Assembly: GCA_965248455.1 (NCBI GenBank)
Contig: OZ252105.1
Span: 200,993 to 264,992 of the forward strand
Direction of reading: 5' to 3'
From: Dehalococcoidia bacterium
Lineage (GTDB): Bacteria > Chloroflexota > Dehalococcoidia > Lucifugimonadales > Australimonadaceae
DNA: 64,000 bases
Shown here: positions 63,811-64,000 of the stretch, piece after piece
Layout of the letters: every line of letters begins with the position of its first letter
How positions within the stretch are numbered: position 1 is the first letter of the stretch
Program-made: the position numbers and the translations under genes
The notes under the pieces: generated by a model
Told to the model about the DNA's origin: nothing
Database searches by the model: none
What the model saw: only the letters and a program-made list of their open reading frames with translations

Positions 63811-64000
63811 TTACGCCGTACCCCCGCCGACTGCTACATTGTTCGCATACGTCGTTCCCGCGAAGGCACGAACCTCGCCTCCCCGCCCCCTGTCTGGATG
63901 TAGGGGCCGTTCGCGAACGGCCCTAACGTCATGCCACCCCAACGTACCTCCCAAACCAACGACAACTGCCCATTGCGCCGCCATCGCGCCGGCCCTTACA
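63811..64000 (-). repeat. rest of the interrupted module D, then B, then another D; runs off the window
   Basis: ttacgccgta…ctgctacattgttcgcatacgtcgttcccgcgaaggcacgaacctcgc…gtaggggccgttcgcgaacggccctaacg…. Confidence 0.85.

Larger units (their letters stand above)
62680..63811 (+). mobile_element. IS110-family insertion sequence (about 1.13 kb) inserted in a module D repeat
   Basis: It interrupts D between …actgccc and acgcc…. CT(T) is present at both junctions (62678-62680 and 63810-63812). No terminal inverted repeats, as is usual for IS110. Confidence 0.75.

Overview
High-GC bacterial chromosomal segment, read by eye without tools. Start codons, repeat boundaries and identities come from manual alignment. 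Strong GGAGG ribosome-binding sites and lipoprotein-anchored solute-binding proteins suggest a monoderm such as Chloroflexota or Actinomycetota; this is inference only.

**Core content.** The window is an aromatic-acid catabolic super-cluster:
- seven paralogous alpha-only (phthalate/KshA-type) Rieske oxygenases
- three Gfo/Idh/MocA dehydrogenases
- two 4,5-dihydroxyphthalate-decarboxylase-like proteins
- gentisate 1,2-dioxygenase plus an FAH hydrolase, a dienelactone hydrolase and a class II aldolase
- a TTT transporter (two TctC plus one TctA with a TctB-like tail) and two MFS transporters
- no recognisable Rieske reductase

**Most unusual features.**
1. A bicupin + EutA-like ATPase gene pair is present twice, with no B12 lyase anywhere in the window.
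2. A small-protein + retropepsin-like protease pair is present twice, one copy translationally coupled inside a Rieske/OCD operon.
3. Small accessory cassettes (GlcG, NUDIX, AAA+ ATPase) each sit between a gene's 3' end and a degenerate second copy of that same 3' end. A higBA cassette is also bracketed by direct repeats.
4. A BIME-like mosaic family of intergenic hairpin repeats has been hit by an IS30 element (3-bp target duplication) and an IS110 element. The IS110 left end folds into a bridge-RNA-like two-loop structure whose loop sequences match both the repeat target and the element's own ends.
5. There is a deletion scar of an eighth Rieske gene.

Toxin-antitoxin modules present are vapBC, hicAB, higBA and an orphan phd. 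No rRNA, tRNA or CRISPR array was recognised.
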